Source of the DNA: an uncultured delta proteobacterium
GTDB lineage: Bacteria; Myxococcota_A; Polyangia; Polyangiales; Polyangiaceae
DNA: 64,000 nucleotides
Direction of reading: 5' to 3'
Assembly: GCA_963850305.1 (NCBI GenBank)
Contig: CAWKKR010000007.1
Location: 192,001 to 256,000, forward strand
Made by a program: the position numbers and the translations under genes. Every line of letters starts with the position of its first letter. The stretch's first letter is position 1. This document shows, piece after piece, positions 62,749 through 64,000 of this stretch. The notes beneath the pieces are model-generated. The model made no database searches. It was not told where the DNA came from and worked only from the letters and a program-made list of their open reading frames with translations.

Positions 62749-63375
62749 TCAGCCGACGGCGGCCACCGAGTTGCGGACGCTCGCCGCGATCTCGGTCGCG
62801 TTGTCGCTGATGCGCTCGAGGGCGCGGCCGAGTGCGTGGAAATGCTGCACGACCCCGAACGGGCTCGAGCCGGACCGGGCAACCTGCAGCAGGTCGAGCT
62901 GAGCCTGAGCGTAACAAGCGTCCACCGAGATGGTCCGGTCCATCACTTTCTGCGCGGACGAACGATCGTTCGCGCGTACGGCCTTCAGCGCATCGCCGAG
63001 CATTTCCGGTACGAGCTCCGTCAGCTTCCGGATGGAGGGGAGCTCGCCGATCGGCGGCTCGGCCGACAGGCGAATGACCTGCCGGCAGAGGCTTGCCGCC
63101 AGGCCTGCGATCTTCTCGAGAGAAACGAGCAACTCGAGCGCCGAGGCTTGGCCCATGCCCTTGGGGCCGGCCGCGCCGAGGATGTTCGACCAAGCGTCGC
63201 GCACCGCCGAATCACAGCGCTCGCATTCGCCGTCGGTGGCTAGGATCTTGCTCGCGAGCGCGGCATCACACGACGCAACGGCCCGGCTGCTGGCGCGCGT
63301 CAGGGCGTTCACGCGATCTGCCAGCGGGAGCAGGTGATCGATGGTGTGCGCGCTGTCGGGGATCGAGCTCGGCAT
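62749..63375 (-). CDS. PhoU-like helical protein
   Basis: Two PhoU-like repeats (SLEKIAGLA and ALERISDNATEIA). Confidence 0.7.
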   Translation of the reverse strand: MPSSIPDSAHTIDHLLPLADRVNALTRASSRAVASCDAALASKILATDGECERCDSAVRDAWSNILGAAGPKGMGQASALELLVSLEKIAGLAASLCRQVIRLSAEPPIGELPSIRKLTELVPEMLGDALKAVRANDRSSAQKVMDRTISVDACYAQAQLDLLQVARSGSSPFGVVQHFHALGRALERISDNATEIAASVRNSVAAVG

Positions 63376-63501
63376 CGGTGGTTCCTTCCCCCTAACACGA
63401 GCAAGCTGCGCATTGAATTGGACCCCGCGAAATGGATACGCGTTTCCGAGAGAGCCGCCGATCGTGTCACTGAAACGTCACTAAGTTGATTCCCCGTCGT
63501 C

Positions 63502-64000
63502 TCATGAGTCAACGGAGAACCCGAGTTCGCGCAGATAGATCTTGTCCAGCTTGGAACGGCTCCGTGCAAACCGGCTCCGGCCGTAAAGAGCGAGTCCGCA
63601 CGCGATGGCGACGGCGCGCACCGCGGCACTCGGCCGCTTTTCAGGTGCAAAGCCGATGCGCCTGCCCTGCTCGTATGCATGACTGCGGACGTGCTCCACG
63701 AATCCATCGAGGTGCGCAAGCACGGGGTGACCGGCTGCTTGCGCCCGGAGGGCACGCACGAGGAGCGGTAGCGTGGCCATCTCGAGCTCGAACAAGCCGT
63801 AGAAGGGCGTTTTCAGCCACGGCGACTCGGCGAGCAGCCGGCGTGTCTCCCTCTCGCCCCACTCGACGTGCTCCGCTTCGTCGCTGCATACGACGCGGAG
63901 CTTCTTTTTAACCTGCTGCACGCCGGGATGCTGGTCCGGGAGGGTCTCGAGGAGCAGGTCCTTGAACACGTCGAGGACCATGCCCTCGCCGATGGCGTGC
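63502..64000 (-). CDS. Ferritin-like di-iron domain protein, 5'-truncated by the window edge
   Basis: GEG helix and DEAEH (ExxH). The frame is open to the window end. Confidence 0.65.
   Translation of the reverse strand, partial: HAIGEGMVLDVFKDLLLETLPDQHPGVQQVKKKLRVVCSDEAEHVEWGERETRRLLAESPWLKTPFYGLFELEMATLPLLVRALRAQAAGHPVLAHLDGFVEHVRSHAYEQGRRIGFAPEKRPSAAVRAVAIACGLALYGRSRFARSRSKLDKIYLRELGFSVDS

Overview
GC-rich bacterial DNA, almost certainly from a myxobacterium (Myxococcota, probably Polyangia/Polyangiaceae-like). This rests on a TIGR04563-type small protein, a DUF1844 gene, eukaryotic-like Ser/Thr kinases and many Cys-rich lipoproteins. About 55 CDS were found and no rRNA, tRNA, CRISPR array or transposase. 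Housekeeping genes include acnA, ctpA, slyD, an HtrA protease, an ECF sigma factor, an M16 peptidase pair, menB, asd and a fused trpE(G) with what looks like a classical leader-peptide attenuator. The most interesting accessory blocks are: (i) a divergent cluster at 29.5-35.0 kb with two Fur-box-like sites, encoding a ~806-aa lipoprotein of unknown family, a YncE-like beta-propeller/di-heme cytochrome c lipoprotein, a small lipoprotein and a cytochrome P460-like lipoprotein; (ii) an adjacent cassette at 27.7-29.45 kb with a duplicated 114-bp hairpin element, an orphan helical protein and a 42-bp tandem array; (iii) an atypical P450 divergent from a DyP peroxidase and its membrane-anchored partner; (iv) a class III cyclase-STAND-TPR gene divergent from a cNMP-binding Ser/Thr kinase; and (v) a beta-helix/di-heme peroxidase/SO2930-type cytochrome operon. 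About ten single-base indels, mostly in short homopolymers, break or fuse genes and are most likely sequencing errors. All family assignments come from motif recognition, not database searches.
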